Positions 61,041 to 64,000 of a DNA stretch of 64,000 bases are shown here, in pieces. Position 1 is the stretch's first letter, and each line of letters opens with the position of its first letter. A program made the position numbers and the translations under genes. Below the pieces are notes generated by a model. The model ran no database searches. It was not told where the DNA came from and saw only the letters and a list, made by a program, of their open reading frames with translations. This DNA is from Eimeria praecox (lineage: Eukaryota), in assembly GCA_963920595.1 (NCBI GenBank), contig OY986950.1, positions 4,402,001-4,466,000 on the forward strand, written 5' to 3'.

Positions 61041-63309
61041 ATGAGGCGAGGCTGCGGCAGCGCAGGCAGCAGCACAGTAAGCAGTAGCACGAGCGGCCCT
61101 GGAGGCCGCGGTGGTGCCACAGGACGCAGCAGTTCGGGGGCTCTGTCTGCGCGCTCAGCTGTAACCCGCCGTGTCAGCACACCCGTATCCCGTCCTCTCC
61201 TGAACCTTGGGGGGCTGCTAGGCAGCAATTCATTTCATACGGAGTACCGCGAGCAGATGAGCCCTTCTTGGTGGCTGGGTGCAGCTGCCTGCAGCTCTTC
61301 TTGGCTGCAGCTTTCGCCCCCTCCTGAAGTAATGGAGCTCGTCGAGAAGAAGAAACTGACGGAACAGTTCAAAACCGTTGAGGGTCTCATTGACAGAGCC
61401 GTACGTGCGCCTGCCCCCCTTCAAGATACGCCCGTTAGGTCTCTTGGTTCCTTGTATATTTGTATTCTACTCCATTGCTGTCGTTTTTCATGACCTTGTA
61501 GCCTGTTACCTTCGAATGCAGCTATCTGATGAGCATGGCCAACAATACAGAACTGGCTTTCGGGTCGGCTGGGCCATATTAAGCTATTCTTCATCTGCGG
61601 CTGTGCTTTGCTTTCGTTTTTTTCTTCTTAGGATTATTTGGGTGCGCTACGGCTACAGGCGGACCGGCGGAATGTTTTGCACCTCCTCGCTCTGGATGAA
61701 CAGGAGATGCAGGCGTATCTTTGGCAGCCTCGCTTTCCGCGCATAGTCGACTTGGTATTTCTTTTTCCATTGGTTGTGTGCCTGTCCTTGCTCCCATTTT
61801 TATTTTTGAATTCGCATGCAGACAATTGCTTGGTCATCGTTGCTTTTCAATCTGTTCACTGGAAGGAGAAATGCGCCTCATTCGCGAAGCAGGCCAATGG
61901 TTTTCCTGTCGTTCCCCGCTGACCTTTATGCTGTGTGTCTGCTGCTGTTCACTTTTGCTCATGGCGGGAGTTTTGTGTCTGGGTTGAACTGCAGAGAAAC
62001 CGGACGGGTGAAGTACAGACGCGCCCACCTCCCCGCCACGCGAACTGCATCGTGAATCCTGTCAATTTATGGTCAGTGTCTGTCTCAGTGACAATCGTTA
62101 CGCGTTCCCACTAACGGCACTTTAAACCTTCGTACATGTTTATCAATGGGCTAGCGCTCTCCAGTGCGCCAGCCGAATATGGTGTTATGACCGGGGAACG
62201 ACGTCCTTTCTAGAGGGGGTCACGAGCAGCACTACCTTTCACTTGAGCATTACAGGCAAAAAAGCCTTTACGTGGGGACCACACGACTGAGAGCCTCTCT
62301 CATGGGGACCGCGAGAACAAGAAAGCGGGGGGAGATGAGCTTTAGAGGGCAGTATCCCTGCAGTATCCCTGTGGGATGCTTCTCTAACATTAGATCAGGA
62401 CAATATATCTTGTGCTGCATTGTATGTTCTGTCAGGTTGCGGTTTTTGACGCTTTCACCTCCGCTGTATGCAGCACATGCTCCGCTGGCAGCAGTGTCGC
62501 CAAAGACACCCCAGACGGGTGAGCATGGGGGGGAGGATTCGGCCTGGGCGCAGCCCCAAGAGGCAGGGGAGGTTCAGGAGTACTGCTTGGGGAACTCTGG
62601 GGAACAGTTTTTGCCCATTTTGTTTGAGGACTCGGGGGGCGCGGCGGAGTGTGTGCCGCCTGAGGAGTTACTAACGTTTGAAGAGGACGCTTTGAGGGAA
62701 GTAGCCTCCCACATCGAAGCCAAGCTTGCCCACGCACTCAGCTGCATGGTCCTGGCGGCGACAGCCCGCACCCAGGCTACAGCTGCGCGCTCACAGCCGT
62801 TGATCGCAGCAAAGGACCCTAGCAGCTCTCCCGGTGCGTCGCCAACCATTCCCGCTGCCACCCCAGTGGACCCGCCGGTGGACGAGGTGCGCCAAGGCCA
62901 AGATGCAGGTCCCTCCACTGCGCCTTCAGCCGGCTGGAGGGGAGGCCCGAAGAGGCGCCGACCCAGCGTAGTAACAACGAGCAGGGGCTCCCGTTCTTCC
63001 TCTCCCATACGGGTAGGGCGCCGCAGCAGCCCATCGCACAAACCCCGCACCGCGGGCAGTGCCATAGCTCCTGGGGCGTCGGGGACCCCAAGCGCCTCCG
63101 TGGCTGTTAGGGCTCCTAATACAGAAGACCCTTCGGAGCCCGCACGAGCTGAGGAAGCCCCAGCAGCAACTGGAGAAGTGCCTGATAGCGACGGCATTGT
63201 AATTGAGCTGGAGGACCTCTTAACTACATACGGGCCGTGCCCCTCTCTGATGCGCCATTCAAACTGCTTTCAAAGGACTCCTGACCTGCTGCGGCAGCAC
63301 TTCCGCTGA
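61041..63309 (+). CDS. Hypothetical protein (spliced)
   Basis: Coding-like ORFs at 61041-~61433, ~61632-61745 and ~62436-63309 bounded by plausible splice sites. No recognised domain. Confidence 0.5.
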
Positions 63310-64000
63310 TCTGGACCTAAATGCATCGCTGCCAGGTGACTTTTCGTAGGCTTACTAAACATTAAAGCAGTACTGGAAGGCAGTCCCCACGAGGCAAAGG
63401 CCCCAGGAGTGCCTGGTGCGGTTTGGGCTCCTCATGTATTGCACATCTGTGCATAGAGGTCTGTAAAGGCCTTATTGTACCGCATGGAATTTACGACAGG
63501 CCTAGGCTTCTGAGAATGTGCAGCAAGAGGGAAGACACACTAGTAGGGGGAGGAACGCAGCGACAGGGCAGGAACTCTAGTGGTGGGGAAGGGGGAGGAA
63601 CCGTTACCGCTCTGCGCCAACTTAGGCAACGGCACTGATGAGGGAGCTCCCTTCCCCTCCAGCTGTACGGTTGCATACTGTGCAGCAGCCTGCTGGATAG
63701 CTTTAACCCCAAGCCGCTGCGCGCGAGAGGGGAAGCACCGAACTCATGCACGCGCATGCACGAACCGCTAGCACACAGAACCGCATGCACAACCTGTCCG
63801 ACGTTCTCTCTTTGCTTTGGCGCAAACAAAGCATCAATCTGGGAAGAGAGAACGCAATGGTGAAGTTTCAAGAACTGGGGCATTGAAACAAGGAGGATTC
63901 CAACCCTTATCCTCAAACCATCAGCTCGAGAACCTCTAACCGTTTGCACGCAGGGAGCAGGCCCAGCTCGCACTACCAGCAACTCGAAGCTTGCCCCATC

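Noticed and set aside
63446..63982. Possible 3' exons of a minus-strand gene entering from the right edge
   Set aside because: Plausible exon fragments (IDALFAPKQRENVGQ; KPRPVVNSMRYNKAFTDLY) but too little evidence to call.

Overview
Eukaryotic, intron-rich genomic DNA from a coccidian apicomplexan (Eimeriidae-like, e.g. Cyclospora/Eimeria; inferred from a GAP40-like gene, CAG-rich coding, a bipartite apicoplast-type leader and Ty3/gypsy relics). Genes read from the sequence: M18 aspartyl aminopeptidase (5' part), tRNA-Ala(CGC), a putative apicoplast-targeted protein, ARP6-like actin-related protein, a multi-exon PPR protein, a single-exon 2765-aa coiled-coil/Pro-rich protein with a near-identical 1.1-kb internal duplication, a Dpy-30/RIIa-domain protein, GAP40, a calcineurin-like metallophosphoesterase, an SMN-like YG-box protein, a Ctr copper transporter, Atg6/Beclin-1 and a hypothetical protein. 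The intergenic DNA holds four decayed copies of one Ty3/gypsy LTR-retrotransposon family. One copy is structurally complete (LTR-gag-PR-RT-RH-INT-PPT-LTR), one has a 28S rRNA 5' fragment in its pol region, and all four lie upstream of gene starts. Other oddities are several probable GC-AG introns, a direct-inverted-direct micro-repeat and an unexplained ~0.9-kb AT-rich island. All calls come from manual reading, with no database searches.
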